64,000 nucleotides of DNA from Candidatus Caldarchaeales archaeon (GCA_039630055.1 JBCNVN010000002.1:64001-128000); one strand, 5' to 3'. Positions 28,516 through 39,217 are shown, counted from the stretch's first letter. Notes: a model not told the origin generated them from the letters alone. Made by a program: numbers and translations.

Positions 28516-31500
28516 ATGGTTTATATAAAAAGGTTGACTATTCAAGGGTTTAAGTCCTTCAGCTCTAAGAGGACTACTATAGATCTTGAGAAGGGGCTAG
28601 TAGTTATAACAGGGCCAAATGGTGGAGGAAAATCTAACATTCTGGACGCTATAAGATTTGCACTAGGAGAATTAAGCGCACATAATCTCAGAGTGGGTAA
28701 GATGTCTGAGCTGATACATGATAACCAGCAGAATTCTGGAGCTAAAGTAACATTAACACTAGACAATTCGGAAAGGATACTGCCTATAGATTCTTCTGAA
28801 GTAACCATAACTAGAAGACTTGATAAGAGTGGAGAAAGCGAGTATATACTCAATGGTAAACAAGTATCTAGGGTTGAACTCTTGACCATCCTCTCTATGT
28901 CGAATATAAGACCCTCAGGCTTCAATATAGTCTCACAAGGTTCAGTTACATCTATAGCAGAGATGAGCGGTGTAGAGCTTAGGAGAATTTTAGAAGATAT
29001 TTCAGGAATAGGAGAGTATGAGAGAAAGAAACAGGAGGCTGAAGAACAATTAAAGATCGCGGAGAAGAATATAGCTATAGCTAAGGCTGGAACAACAGAG
29101 GTTAAGTTGAGAGTAAACCAGCTTCAGAAAGAGAGAAACGAAGCATATAGAAAAAACCATGTAGAGAATCTTCTATCCATCATAAAATCCATCAAACTAA
29201 AGAATGTTCTAGACAGTTTGGAGTCAGAATTAAAAAGTCTAGACTTTGATTCTACTAGACTAGAAGAAGAGATTACGAATATCCAGAATACTAGAGCAAG
29301 ATACTTAGAAGATCAGACCAGGATAGAGATGGAAAGACTCAATCTTTCCAGAGAGATATCAGAGCTAGATAGAAGATTGAAAGAGTTAGAGAAGATACGG
29401 GAAACAATCAGAGTTAGTGAGATCCATCTAACATCTGAAGAATCTACGATAAAAGAGAGATTAAGGAATATTGATCTCGAGATATCAGATCTAAGAGAAC
29501 GTCTCAGAGAATCAATGGAACTGAAGGATTCATTGTCCCAGAAGATACAGAAAGAAAAGGTTAGATTCCTGACTCTAAAAGAATCCTTAACAAGATTAAC
29601 CGATCAAACTAATGAATGTAAAAATCAACTAGAAAGCTTAAAGGCTAGATTAGATGAATTAGAGAAAGAATTAGACCGAGCAACATCCAAAAGGATGAGG
29701 TTAGAGAAGGAGATAGAGGTCAACAAGATTAAGATGGAGGAGATGAAGAATAAGATCACCAACATTGAAAAAAATTCTAATATAATAGTTATGGATATAA
29801 TTAAAAGAAGTAGGGAGAGATTATTTCTAATAGAAAAGATAAAGAAATATTCTCTCGAACTAGAAAAGCTTCAGAGAGATCTAGAACTTTTAAACATCAA
29901 GCTAGATGAGGTGAATAGTGTTCTATCAAGAGTTATCGAAAACGAGAAGAACATGTCTGACTTATTACGTGAGATCGCTACTACCGGTATAAACCTTGGG
30001 AACGATCTAGATGAGAAAATTAAGAATTCTTTAAAGATGATAAAAGGCGTATATGGTTTCTTGGAGGAATGGATAGATTTCAAAGATGTAGATGCATGGG
30101 TGAGGTTAGAGTTAGGCAGTTCTGGATGGATACGATCTCTAGTCGTAGAAGACTGGAGAATCGGTGTCGAGTTAGCTAAAATCTTCTCTGAAGCTGGTCT
30201 AAGAATAAAGATAATACCTATAGAATCGGTTCCCATGAGAGGACATCTAAAGATTCAAGATGTAAAACCTAAGACAGATTGGGCCAAGAGAGTATTAGCA
30301 CTCCTCCTCGACAACGTAACTTTCTGTAAAGAAGTCAAATCATTTGAAAAACCTAGAAGTAAGATGGTTTATCCAAGAGGGATCATATTATATCCAGATG
30401 GAAGAATAGAGGTTGACAATCTCACCGCTAGAAGAGACTCTAGAATCTTAGCAAATGAATATGAAGAATCTATAAGATCTATAAACCTGTTGAAAGACGT
30501 CATCAAAGAACTCCATGAGAGTATAAACAGAATACGTGAATGGAAGAGTGATTTATCAGAGAGAATAGTCAAAATCGATATGGAGAAGAGGGCTGCCGAA
30601 GAAGATCTAGGAAAAATTGTTAAGCATGTTGCCGAGAATTTCTTAAGATTTACGTTTCTGGATGTTGAGAAGATCCAGATCATAAGAGAATTTTCAAAGA
30701 TAGAACAGAAAACAATCGAGTACATTAGAGAATTAGATGAATTTAAGCCTATAGATAAGATGGAGCATACACATCTAAGAGAAGAAAAAGAAAAATGTGA
30801 GGCAAAATTCTTAAATCTTTCATCTAAACGTAGTGAACTTGAAGTTGAGTTACGTGAATCTTCTAAGCTTTTTGAAGAGTATAATAGAGATTATGAGAGA
30901 CTTATGAGACAGATAGAAAAGATTGAATCTAGGCTGAATGAAAAAATTGGTGAGAAGAGAAGTTTAGAAGAGAGGTTAGCAAAGATCCTAAATGATCATG
31001 AAAAGGTCTTTTCAGATTTAAGAGAATACAACGATGAGATTGAGAAGATCGTTAGCAGATTAGAAGCTGAGAAGACAAGGCTAGAAGAATCTACAATTAA
31101 CATCTCAAAGATAAATGATAATTTAAGAGTTCTAGAAGCTAAGATTCAAGAAACTTCAAGTAGAAGACTGAGTATAGCTATTCGGAGAAGCCAGCTTGAG
31201 TCAGAGATAAGAAAAATAAGAGAAGAGCTTGACACGATTCAAGTATACGATTTTCCAATTATTCCAGTATCGATGATAGAAGAACTGGAGAGATCATTAA
31301 ATGAGGAACTAAAAAGCTTGGAGAAGATCAATCAGCTGGCTCCACAGCAGTATGAAGAGATAATCGAGAACTATAAGTTAAGATCGTCGAGGATAAGAGA
31401 ACTTGAAGAAGAGAGAGCTGAGATATTGAGGTTTATCAACTGGCTTGAAGAAGAGAAGAAAAAAACATTCATGAATACTTTCAATAAAGTTTCAGATAGC

Positions 31501-31923
31501 TTTGAGAGGTTCTTCTCAATACTAACCGGTGGTCAAGCCTGGCTTAAACTCGAAGATTTAGAGAACCCTCTAAATGGTGGGGTTGAGATGATCTTAAGAT
31601 TTCCAGGTAAATCTCCTCGCTCATCCAAGAGTGCTAGCGGAGGAGAGAAGTCGGTAGCTGCAGTATCACTCTTACTAGCACTTCAAGGGTTGACCCCTGC
31701 AGACTTCTACATATTTGATGAGGTTGACGCCCACATGGATATCCAGTACAGCACTAAACTTGCAGAGCTGTTTAGCGAGATGTCTAAGAAGACTCAGATA
31801 ATCGTGATAACTCTAAAAGATGTTATAGCCGAGAAAGCAGACCAATTGATTGGGGTCTACGTCAGAAATGGTGAGTCTAGAATTGTAAAAACAAAGATTG
31901 AGGAGGTTCTAGAAAATGTCTGA
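28516..31923 (+). CDS. smc: Chromosome segregation protein SMC
   Basis: GFKSF, GPNGGGKSN, coiled coils, central hinge, SGGEKS, DEVDAHMD. Confidence 0.95.
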   Translation: MVYIKRLTIQGFKSFSSKRTTIDLEKGLVVITGPNGGGKSNILDAIRFALGELSAHNLRVGKMSELIHDNQQNSGAKVTLTLDNSERILPIDSSEVTITRRLDKSGESEYILNGKQVSRVELLTILSMSNIRPSGFNIVSQGSVTSIAEMSGVELRRILEDISGIGEYERKKQEAEEQLKIAEKNIAIAKAGTTEVKLRVNQLQKERNEAYRKNHVENLLSIIKSIKLKNVLDSLESELKSLDFDSTRLEEEITNIQNTRARYLEDQTRIEMERLNLSREISELDRRLKELEKIRETIRVSEIHLTSEESTIKERLRNIDLEISDLRERLRESMELKDSLSQKIQKEKVRFLTLKESLTRLTDQTNECKNQLESLKARLDELEKELDRATSKRMRLEKEIEVNKIKMEEMKNKITNIEKNSNIIVMDIIKRSRERLFLIEKIKKYSLELEKLQRDLELLNIKLDEVNSVLSRVIENEKNMSDLLREIATTGINLGNDLDEKIKNSLKMIKGVYGFLEEWIDFKDVDAWVRLELGSSGWIRSLVVEDWRIGVELAKIFSEAGLRIKIIPIESVPMRGHLKIQDVKPKTDWAKRVLALLLDNVTFCKEVKSFEKPRSKMVYPRGIILYPDGRIEVDNLTARRDSRILANEYEESIRSINLLKDVIKELHESINRIREWKSDLSERIVKIDMEKRAAEEDLGKIVKHVAENFLRFTFLDVEKIQIIREFSKIEQKTIEYIRELDEFKPIDKMEHTHLREEKEKCEAKFLNLSSKRSELEVELRESSKLFEEYNRDYERLMRQIEKIESRLNEKIGEKRSLEERLAKILNDHEKVFSDLREYNDEIEKIVSRLEAEKTRLEESTINISKINDNLRVLEAKIQETSSRRLSIAIRRSQLESEIRKIREELDTIQVYDFPIIPVSMIEELERSLNEELKSLEKINQLAPQQYEEIIENYKLRSSRIRELEEERAEILRFINWLEEEKKKTFMNTFNKVSDSFERFFSILTGGQAWLKLEDLENPLNGGVEMILRFPGKSPRSSKSASGGEKSVAAVSLLLALQGLTPADFYIFDEVDAHMDIQYSTKLAELFSEMSKKTQIIVITLKDVIAEKADQLIGVYVRNGESRIVKTKIEEVLENV

Positions 31924-32566
31924 AAAATCATTAAATATCTGGAGTGATCCTAGATGGAAAGTATTATTTGATGTAACTAGATTGGGTAAGGTGAGAGCAT
32001 GGGATATAAAGATCGCTGAGATTATTAGAGCATTCATGGAAGAACTTAGAAAACTCGAATCAGTAGATCTAAATCCATGTGGTGTTGCACTCTACTCTGC
32101 TGCGATAATTCATAGAATCAAGAGCGATAGATTACTTAAGGCAGATAATCCTAGCCAACCGAAAGAGAGACCCAACCTATTCGTTCCCCAACCTATAGAC
32201 TTGCCTATCCCACCAGAGTTCATGATTATGACTATTGAAGAATTGGCTTCATCCTTGATGATTGCCTTATACCAGAAGATACAGAATAGGAATCCTCAAG
32301 AGAATATAGTACAAGAATTCTCAGAGTTTAGTCTCGAGGATTACCTAGTAAAGTTAGAGGAGAGAATAGAGGAATTCATCAAGACATTGAAGGAAATATT
32401 TGAAGAGTATGAGTTGATAGATCTAAAGGTCTTGGTTTTGGGGGTTGATAGGGTTGAGGCCGTCAGGAGATTTATACTCCTTCTAATAGCTGCTTCTAGA
32501 GGTTTAGTTGATATATTACAAGATGAAGAGAGTGGTAGAATTATGGTGAAGTGGATTGGCGGGTAA
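31916..32566 (+). CDS. scpA: Segregation and condensation protein A (kleisin)
   Basis: WDIKI, AAIIHRIKS N-domain, FILLL C-terminal winged helix; lies between smc and scpB. Confidence 0.88.
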   Translation: MSEKSLNIWSDPRWKVLFDVTRLGKVRAWDIKIAEIIRAFMEELRKLESVDLNPCGVALYSAAIIHRIKSDRLLKADNPSQPKERPNLFVPQPIDLPIPPEFMIMTIEELASSLMIALYQKIQNRNPQENIVQEFSEFSLEDYLVKLEERIEEFIKTLKEIFEEYELIDLKVLVLGVDRVEAVRRFILLLIAASRGLVDILQDEESGRIMVKWIGG

Positions 32567-33119
32567 AGATTCTAGAGATGTCTTGCCTAGAATAGAGGCT
32601 CTACTATTTGCATCATCTAAACCCGTAGAGATGAGAGAACTTATGAGTATCTCTGGATTGAGAAAAAGAGAGAAGATATTTTCTGCTATAAAAGAGTTAA
32701 AGGAAAAGTATGGAGGAGATAAGAGTGCTGTCGAGCTAATAGAACTTCCAGGTGAGAGATTTTATCTAAGATTGAAAAAAGATTACTATGATTTAGTTAA
32801 AAAGTATGTAAAGAGACCTTTATTCGGGAAGGGTATAATGAGGACTTTGTCATTCATAGCATATCATCAGCCTATAGAGCAGAGCAAAGTTGTCATGATT
32901 AGAGGTAACTCGGCATATAAGCATATAAAGACCTTGCTGGAGAAGGGTCTTCTAGAAGCTGAAGACAAAGGTAAGACGAAGATTGTAAAGACTACTCAGC
33001 TATTTGCAGACTATCTCGGAGTACCGAACAATCCAGCCAGCATAAAAAAGATTCTATCATCAAGGCTAGATACTATTAAAGATATAGAGGAGAACACTAG
33101 AGCTGGCTCTAAAGAATAA
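32556..33119 (+). CDS. scpB: Segregation and condensation protein B
   Basis: IEALLF, TLSFIAYHQPI, TT..FADY.G. Confidence 0.93.
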   Translation: MAGKDSRDVLPRIEALLFASSKPVEMRELMSISGLRKREKIFSAIKELKEKYGGDKSAVELIELPGERFYLRLKKDYYDLVKKYVKRPLFGKGIMRTLSFIAYHQPIEQSKVVMIRGNSAYKHIKTLLEKGLLEAEDKGKTKIVKTTQLFADYLGVPNNPASIKKILSSRLDTIKDIEENTRAGSKE

Positions 33120-33199
33120 GTGTAAGATATAAAGACTTTCAAGCTACTAAAACTCATATCATTAAATATAACTATCATCCCATAAGATTATGAATTAGA

Positions 33200-33595
33200 T
33201 TGGTCCAGTGGCATTGGGATCTACATAAGAGGAAGCCATCTGGGGGAAGGAAAAGACCCTATAGGAAGAAGAGAAGACATGATAGAGGTAGTGATCCAAC
33301 TTTAACATTGATCGGGGAGAGAAAGGTCAAGGTTAAGAGGGTTAGAGGTGGAGGTATAAAATACGCTCTGACCTCAGACCAGTATGCAAATATCTATAAC
33401 TCAGAGACGGGTAAGACTCAGAGAGCAAAGATCCTTAGAGTAGTCTCGAATAAGGCGAATAGAGATTATGAAAGGAGAGGGGTTATAACCAAGGGTTCAA
33501 TAATAGAGACTGAGATCGGTAAAGCCATAGTAACTTCTAGACCTGGTCAAGATGGGGTGATCAACGCTATACTACTAGAAAGGGAGAAGAGTTAA
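33200..33595 (+). CDS. rps8e: 30S ribosomal protein eS8
   Basis: RKPSGG, RVRGG, ITKG..IET, VTSRPGQDG.IN. Confidence 0.97.
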   Translation: MVQWHWDLHKRKPSGGRKRPYRKKRRHDRGSDPTLTLIGERKVKVKRVRGGGIKYALTSDQYANIYNSETGKTQRAKILRVVSNKANRDYERRGVITKGSIIETEIGKAIVTSRPGQDGVINAILLEREKS

Positions 33596-33596
33596 C

Positions 33597-33884
33597 ATGA
33601 TAAAGAAGGATGGATACACGATTTGGCCAGTATACTTTGATAAGAATATCCCTAGATCTAGATGTAGACGGGTCAAACTAGATCTAGCGGTTAAGAATCC
33701 TTCGATAGAAGATATAGTTAAGGCTGCTGAGAGTCTCGGATGGGAAGTCAAGGTGGAGAAAGGCTCTTATCCATCTATGTGGTGGATCAAGACGGGTAAA
33801 GTATTGGTGAAACCGGACAAATCTATGAGTAAGAACTCTCTTATTAAGACGCTGGCCCAGAGACTTAAAGTACTCTCTAAATGA
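33597..33884 (+). CDS. srp19: Signal recognition particle 19 kDa protein
   Basis: IWPVYFD...RS..RRV...A..NP, YP..WW..G. Confidence 0.93.
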   Translation: MIKKDGYTIWPVYFDKNIPRSRCRRVKLDLAVKNPSIEDIVKAAESLGWEVKVEKGSYPSMWWIKTGKVLVKPDKSMSKNSLIKTLAQRLKVLSK

Positions 33885-33908
33885 GTGAAAGTAAAACTTA
33901 AAGTTTTG

Positions 33909-34175
33909 ATGGGAAAAGGGTTGCTTGTGGCCCGTAAGCCTAATCTATCGAGGCTAGGTACTTTATGGAAGACTGTAAATAGAAGTCTAGTGATAGAATG
34001 TGAGAAAACACCTAGAATTGGTTCAAAGATATATGACAAATCATTAAGAGAGGTAGGTATTGTCGTGAATGTTTTCGGACCGATCTCACAACCATTCGCA
34101 GAGATAAGAGTAATGAACAATTTGAAGTATCCTATTGGAGAAGTCTTCTATATAATGGAAAGGGTTAAGAAATGA
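33909..34175 (+). CDS. gar1: H/ACA RNP component Gar1
   Basis: P.IGS..YD.....G.V..VFGP...P; start uncertain (33909, 33921 or 33927). Confidence 0.85.
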   Translation: MGKGLLVARKPNLSRLGTLWKTVNRSLVIECEKTPRIGSKIYDKSLREVGIVVNVFGPISQPFAEIRVMNNLKYPIGEVFYIMERVKK

Positions 34176-35032
34176 ATGATCCAAGATTTTGTATACATTG
34201 TAAAAAAGATATCTTGGTAGAAGATGAAATAGGTGGAGAGGTGGTCTGCCCAAATTGTGGCCACGTGATTATAGATAAGGTCTTAGATAGAGGACCTGAA
34301 TGGAGGGTATACGGCTCAGTAGATGATAGTAGAGAGAGGGTTGGAGCCCCCCTAACATACTTGATCCATGATATGGGGCTATCAACCATAGTATCAGAAG
34401 AAAAAGATGAAGTAAACAGTATCTCTAAGATCTTAAAGAAGAATATCTTTCAAAGCGGTGATAGAATATTGATAAAGACATTGTCCATGATACACAATCT
34501 TTCTTCAAAGACTGGGTTACCAGATAATGTTGAAGAAAATGCTGCACTAATCGTTAGGCGTGCTTGGAGAAGAGGTATGAATTTTGGAAGAAGGTATAAG
34601 GCAGTGGCCGCTGCATCACTCTATGCTTCATGTAAGATGTTCTCAATACCTAGAACTATGGAAGACTTCGCAAATATTTATGGTGTGAGTAGGAGAGCTC
34701 TCTGGAACGCTTATAGAAGTTTGAATGAGATAGTAAAGCTGAAGAAGGAGGTTTCAGAGATCGATACCGTAATATCTAAGATCGTTAATCGACTGAGGTT
34801 GAGAGGCGATGTAGAGAGGCTTGCAGTAGAGATTATTAAAACTGTGAGAGAATTCCGATTGGTAGACGGTAGAAAACCAGAAAGTCTAGCAGCAGCATCA
34901 GTCTATATAGCTGCTAGAAGATTGGGGTTTAGACTAAGCCAGAGAAGATTAGCGGATATTGCTTCTATAACTGAGGGGACACTTAGAAATAGATATAAAG
35001 AACTATTGAAGGTTCTGGATGGCAAGATCTAG
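34172..35032 (+). CDS. tfb: Transcription initiation factor IIB (TFB)
   Basis: Zn ribbon CxxC/CPNCG, DRGPEWR, RVGAP, two cyclin repeats, TE.TLRNRYKEL. Confidence 0.93.
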   Translation: MNDPRFCIHCKKDILVEDEIGGEVVCPNCGHVIIDKVLDRGPEWRVYGSVDDSRERVGAPLTYLIHDMGLSTIVSEEKDEVNSISKILKKNIFQSGDRILIKTLSMIHNLSSKTGLPDNVEENAALIVRRAWRRGMNFGRRYKAVAAASLYASCKMFSIPRTMEDFANIYGVSRRALWNAYRSLNEIVKLKKEVSEIDTVISKIVNRLRLRGDVERLAVEIIKTVREFRLVDGRKPESLAAASVYIAARRLGFRLSQRRLADIASITEGTLRNRYKELLKVLDGKI

Positions 35033-35164
35033 ATCTCTTCTAATTAAGTAGTGGTGAATGTACCTATACCGAATAGGACTGGATGATGCTGTCTACAGCT
35101 AAATTCAACTTATAAGGTTTATAATCGGTCAATACATAAATAGACCCATATATCCATCTATAGA

Positions 35165-35572
35165 TTGGTGTATTTTTTGCCTCAGAAAATAAGTAGGCTT
35201 GAAGAGAAAGCTATAAAGCTTCTTCTTAAATATGAAGATAGGGGGCTACTCCAATCTGAACTATGGCATAAACTAGGAGTAACTAGTAGGGAAGGTTCGA
35301 GAATAGCTATAAAGCTTGAGAAGAAGGGGATAGTCAGGAGAGTTAAAGAATTTGCTAAAGATAGATGGACTAGGAGGCTTGTCCCACTTATTAGGCAGGT
35401 AACCCTCGGACCGATAAAAGGTGCCCCATGCCCCTCCTGCATGTATAATAATGTATGTGGTAGGAGGGGAACGGTCTCTCCAAATACATGTATATGGATC
35501 GAGGAATGGGTCATCACCTCATACAAGACTTCGAGACCGGTAAAGAAGGGTGAAGCTATATTTACTTCTTAA
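35165..35572 (+). CDS. tfeB: Transcription factor E beta subunit (RPC34-like winged helix plus Fe-S Cys cluster)
   Basis: G.LQSELW..L...SR..SR...KLE winged helix; CPSC-x5-C-x9-C...W; next to tfb, gar1 and trm1. Confidence 0.85.
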   Translation: MVYFLPQKISRLEEKAIKLLLKYEDRGLLQSELWHKLGVTSREGSRIAIKLEKKGIVRRVKEFAKDRWTRRLVPLIRQVTLGPIKGAPCPSCMYNNVCGRRGTVSPNTCIWIEEWVITSYKTSRPVKKGEAIFTS

Positions 35573-35792
35573 AAGATTAGAGTATAGATTTTGGCATTAC
35601 ATTACGGGATGTACCATCTTTTATGTAGCTCTACTGAGAATTTGCCCGCACATATTATAGCAGATAGTCTACATGTTTACAATATTTCTCCTGGAAATCT
35701 TACTGTTTAAGTTTAAAGATTTGAACTTCATGAATTGAGATCCGGTAGGACAAGCCTATAAAGATAACCGGTCTTCTCTGAGTCAATATTTC

Positions 35793-36401
35793 TCAAATCT
35801 TCTCTTTTCCTATTAGATAGAGTTCTGAGCTGGTCTTCCTAGTAGCAGAGGGGATAAATCTCTTTACATAATTAAAAGATTTCTTGATCTCTTCTTCAAG
35901 AAGTTTTAATCTATCACATTCAAATCCTTTAAGCATTATCGATCCCCCTTTCTTAACTATATCCAAAGATATCTTATAGGCTCTCTCAGTAAGCTCCATC
36001 TGCTTCATCATATCTACTTCTCTAACTCCTGTGAATTTTGTCGAGGCATCAGAGACCAAGAGATCAGCCTGCCTACCATTCAACGCTTCCAATATCTCTG
36101 ATACAATATTATCTTCAAAAATATCCGATTCAATTATGATTATATTCGGTTCATCAAATCTCTTAAATCTCTTAATATCTACAGCTACTACTAGACCTTC
36201 CAGTCCAGTCAATCTCGAAGCTACTTGAGCCATACCACCTGGCCATGCTCCCAGTTCAACAACTATCCCCCCACGTCTAATCAACCTAAACCTCTTATCT
36301 GCTTCAAGTAATTTATATGCAGCTCTAGATCGATAACCTTCAGTCTTTGCTTTTCTCCTATATACATCTCTCCGAGCCTCAATCAGCCAGTTCCTAGCCA
36401 A
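35793..36401 (-). CDS. rlmE: 23S rRNA 2'-O-methyltransferase RlmE/FtsJ
   Basis: YRSRAAYKL, ELGAWPGG, VSD, K-D-K-E tetrad, SSELY. Confidence 0.93.
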   Translation of the reverse strand: MARNWLIEARRDVYRRKAKTEGYRSRAAYKLLEADKRFRLIRRGGIVVELGAWPGGMAQVASRLTGLEGLVVAVDIKRFKRFDEPNIIIIESDIFEDNIVSEILEALNGRQADLLVSDASTKFTGVREVDMMKQMELTERAYKISLDIVKKGGSIMLKGFECDRLKLLEEEIKKSFNYVKRFIPSATRKTSSELYLIGKEKI

Positions 36402-36506
36402 TCTCTACCCTATCTTCCATCAGATTATGGAGGATTTAAGATTGTCCATTGGGAAGAGAAGAAATTTTAAGCTGAGAGGGAGACGGTCTAAGGCATCTGG
36501 CCTTTA

Positions 36507-37712
36507 TCAATCATTTCTCAAAGTAGATGTAAATATTTCTCTTATCGTCTCTATCGATGCATCAGTTTTGAAGGCGGCTCTATCTAGGTGGGTCAAAGTA
36601 GCCCTATACCCCATGTTATTTAATTCTTCTACTATTTTTCTTGGTTTGATAGGGTTTACCCTAAAAGTAGATGCGAGGAGATTGACAGGATAATAGCCTA
36701 TGAGCGATGTATCCTCATGGACTATGTATTCGATAGTGCTGACTACCTCACTATAGAGATCTCTATCTTCATAGGAATATCTCAGCATCTTTTCAGCTAA
36801 TTCTCTACTACATAGCTCTCCCAACCATAATGGACCTATCGAAGGGATCTCTAAAGAGCATCTACTACACCTACACACAGGAATATCTCCAACCCTAAAC
36901 ACATATATCGATAAACATCTTGAACAATAGGATAACCAGCCGATCGATTCGAGAAGCTTCTTAGCCTTCTCGATTCCTGGAGAGACCTTCACAAATACCC
37001 TAACATAATAGTCTTTAAGGAATGAGAAGACAGGTTCCGATGATAATCCTAGTCTGGAGGCTGTCCTAACGACAAAACCGGCAAGTATCCTTACGGCGAC
37101 CTCTCTTAGAAAAGGGGTCTTAACAGGATATGAGTCATACTTCCTCAGACATGACCTCGGCTTAGCGCCTGTCAATGCAGATAAGTCTGTTGCAGTAACT
37201 CCTAGTACTGAGTTCTTTCCACATCCTCTGAGACCATTCTCTAGGAATCTTGAAGGCGACCCTGTAGGATCAATATCAACGTATCTGAATCTTGGTCTAC
37301 CTCTACCACGAGCGGCTAACAGCTCATTTCCATCAATGTTAGAAGCTTCAAGAATCCCTTCTACATTATTTAGTTTCGCATTTATCTTTATCAATTCATA
37401 TGCGTTACTCGATATATCATTTACTAGAGCATAATCTACCAATCCTGTCTCCAAGATCAGTCTGATACTCCTAACACCGGTGCCTGCAAGAGGTTCGCAT
37501 ATACTGATCTTCTCTCCCTCAAAGAAAGCTTTTAAGAATAGTACCGCCATATCCCTACTAGACCTGGAAGCTGGATTATAGAATACTGGCAGAGATGTAG
37601 GTGGATAATTCTTTTTCTCAGGTAACTTGGGGGCTAGGAAAACCGCCCTCCCCTCTCTTCTGAGCTCAACATCAAAACCAAGAAGTTTTCTATAGTCTTC
37701 GCTTATCTCCAT
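36507..37712 (-). CDS. trm1: tRNA (G26) N2,N2-dimethyltransferase
   Basis: VFYNP...RD, G.G.RS.R, DIDP.GSP, TATD, GPLW.G. Confidence 0.95.
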   Translation of the reverse strand: MEISEDYRKLLGFDVELRREGRAVFLAPKLPEKKNYPPTSLPVFYNPASRSSRDMAVLFLKAFFEGEKISICEPLAGTGVRSIRLILETGLVDYALVNDISSNAYELIKINAKLNNVEGILEASNIDGNELLAARGRGRPRFRYVDIDPTGSPSRFLENGLRGCGKNSVLGVTATDLSALTGAKPRSCLRKYDSYPVKTPFLREVAVRILAGFVVRTASRLGLSSEPVFSFLKDYYVRVFVKVSPGIEKAKKLLESIGWLSYCSRCLSIYVFRVGDIPVCRCSRCSLEIPSIGPLWLGELCSRELAEKMLRYSYEDRDLYSEVVSTIEYIVHEDTSLIGYYPVNLLASTFRVNPIKPRKIVEELNNMGYRATLTHLDRAAFKTDASIETIREIFTSTLRND

Positions 37713-37916
37713 ATGTTCATCTCAAAATCGATCTAGGATTTGCTTTGATAAGTATTTTCTGAATACTGCTACTACTCCATAAGATCTAAATCGTCATCTA
37801 AGAAGGAGGTTATTGGTGCATCATGTGTGTAAAGATGGGATTATAATCCAGGTCTGTAATCATGAATTGAAAAAGAGTTAAATTTAATCTAAAAATCTAT
37901 AGTTTTAGAAAGATAT

Positions 37917-38357
37917 ATGAGTGGAGATTATTTTGAGAAGGATATTAGAAGAGTTATTGATAAGATGGCTAGAGATCTCACGAGAATCATAGAGTCGACA
38001 ATCTCATATGCTAAATCGCCTCTAGAATTGATTTATGGAGAATTTAGACGCCCATATTCAGAAACCTACACAACAGAAGATGAGATAGTAGTGGTTGTAG
38101 AGATGCCTGGAGCATCGAAGGAGATGATAGACTTGAAGATTGGAGAAGATTATGTTGAGGTTGAGGGAAGATTTGCAGAAGAGTTAACTAAGCAAGCTCC
38201 AAGATATACCATCTTCAAGGCGAAAGGATATAAGACGAGGATAATGCTTCCAAGGAAGGTTAGAGGAGAAGATGCTAAAGCTGTATATAGGGATGGTCTA
38301 CTCATAGCCAAGATACCGATCGAGAAACCGAAAGGTATAACGGTGAAAATAGAATAA
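37917..38357 (+). CDS. Small heat-shock protein Hsp20
   Basis: EMPG..KE.I, A.YRDGLL, C-terminal IxV/I motif. Confidence 0.9.
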   Translation: MSGDYFEKDIRRVIDKMARDLTRIIESTISYAKSPLELIYGEFRRPYSETYTTEDEIVVVVEMPGASKEMIDLKIGEDYVEVEGRFAEELTKQAPRYTIFKAKGYKTRIMLPRKVRGEDAKAVYRDGLLIAKIPIEKPKGITVKIE

Positions 38358-38493
38358 TCAGAGAATCTCGTAATATTGCTGAAAAATGCTGCCATCATAA
38401 TGTTTAACTCTAGATCCAGATTATCTCTATTAATATCCGTCTTGATCCATTGATAAGAAAAATTTTTCATATAGTTTATGGATAATAATATCG

Positions 38494-39204
38494 ATGACTG
38501 AGTTATTATATCTAACTGATTGTTATCTTAAAAATTTTGAAGCTAGAGTTGTGGAAGTATTTAGCGATAGCATAGTTTTAGATAGGACAGCATTCTATCC
38601 TGAGGGAGGTGGTCAACCTAGCGATACAGGATGGATTGAGTGGGAAGACAAAAAGGCAGAGGTAAAACATGTTTACAAGAAAGATGATCTTGTACATCAT
38701 ACCTTGAGCGGCCCCTTTCCCGATAAAGATGTAATTGTTAGAGGATGGATAGATTGGGAGAGAAGATATAAGCATATGCGATATCATACCGCTCTTCACA
38801 TAATTGCAGGAGTAGTCCATCATCTCTACAGTTCAACTATAACTGGAAGTCAGATAAGTGAAGATAAAGCAAGGATAGATTTTACTTTGGAAGATCTAAG
38901 TAGGGAGAGGGTGGAGAGGGTTGAACAAGAGGCGAATAAGATTGTTGAAGAAGGAAGACAAGTCACGATTAGGTTTATTAATAGGGAGACGTTGGTGGAA
39001 AACCCTCAGCTCATCCGGATAAAGCCAGAGCTTATACCAGATATGCCAGTCCTAAGAGTAATAGAGATTGAAGGGTTTGATGCTCAGCTCGATGGTGGAA
39101 CTCATGTCTCAAATACTAGAGAGGTAGGCAAGATCAAGATTGTGAAGACTATCAATAAGGGAAAATTCAATAAGAGAATAGAGATAAATTTAGAGGAGAT
39201 TTAG
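38494..39204 (+). CDS. alaXM: Alanyl-tRNA editing protein AlaX-M
   Basis: TAFYPEGGGQPSD, HMRYHTALH, DGGTHV. Confidence 0.93.
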   Translation: MTELLYLTDCYLKNFEARVVEVFSDSIVLDRTAFYPEGGGQPSDTGWIEWEDKKAEVKHVYKKDDLVHHTLSGPFPDKDVIVRGWIDWERRYKHMRYHTALHIIAGVVHHLYSSTITGSQISEDKARIDFTLEDLSRERVERVEQEANKIVEEGRQVTIRFINRETLVENPQLIRIKPELIPDMPVLRVIEIEGFDAQLDGGTHVSNTREVGKIKIVKTINKGKFNKRIEINLEEI

Positions 39205-39217
39205 GGAGGGTTGTGAT

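Noticed and set aside
35051-35102. Possible second C/D sRNA (GTGGTGA...CCGA...ATGATG...CTAA) with a guide matching a tRNA-Tyr anticodon
   Set aside because: All four boxes are degenerate, D' is buried in a CCTAT/ATAGG hairpin, and N+5 gives an implausible target.
35726-35782. GAGATCCGG...CCGGTCTTC hairpin between convergent genes, possible H/ACA RNA
   Set aside because: No clear K-turn or correctly placed ACA; may be a terminator or chance.
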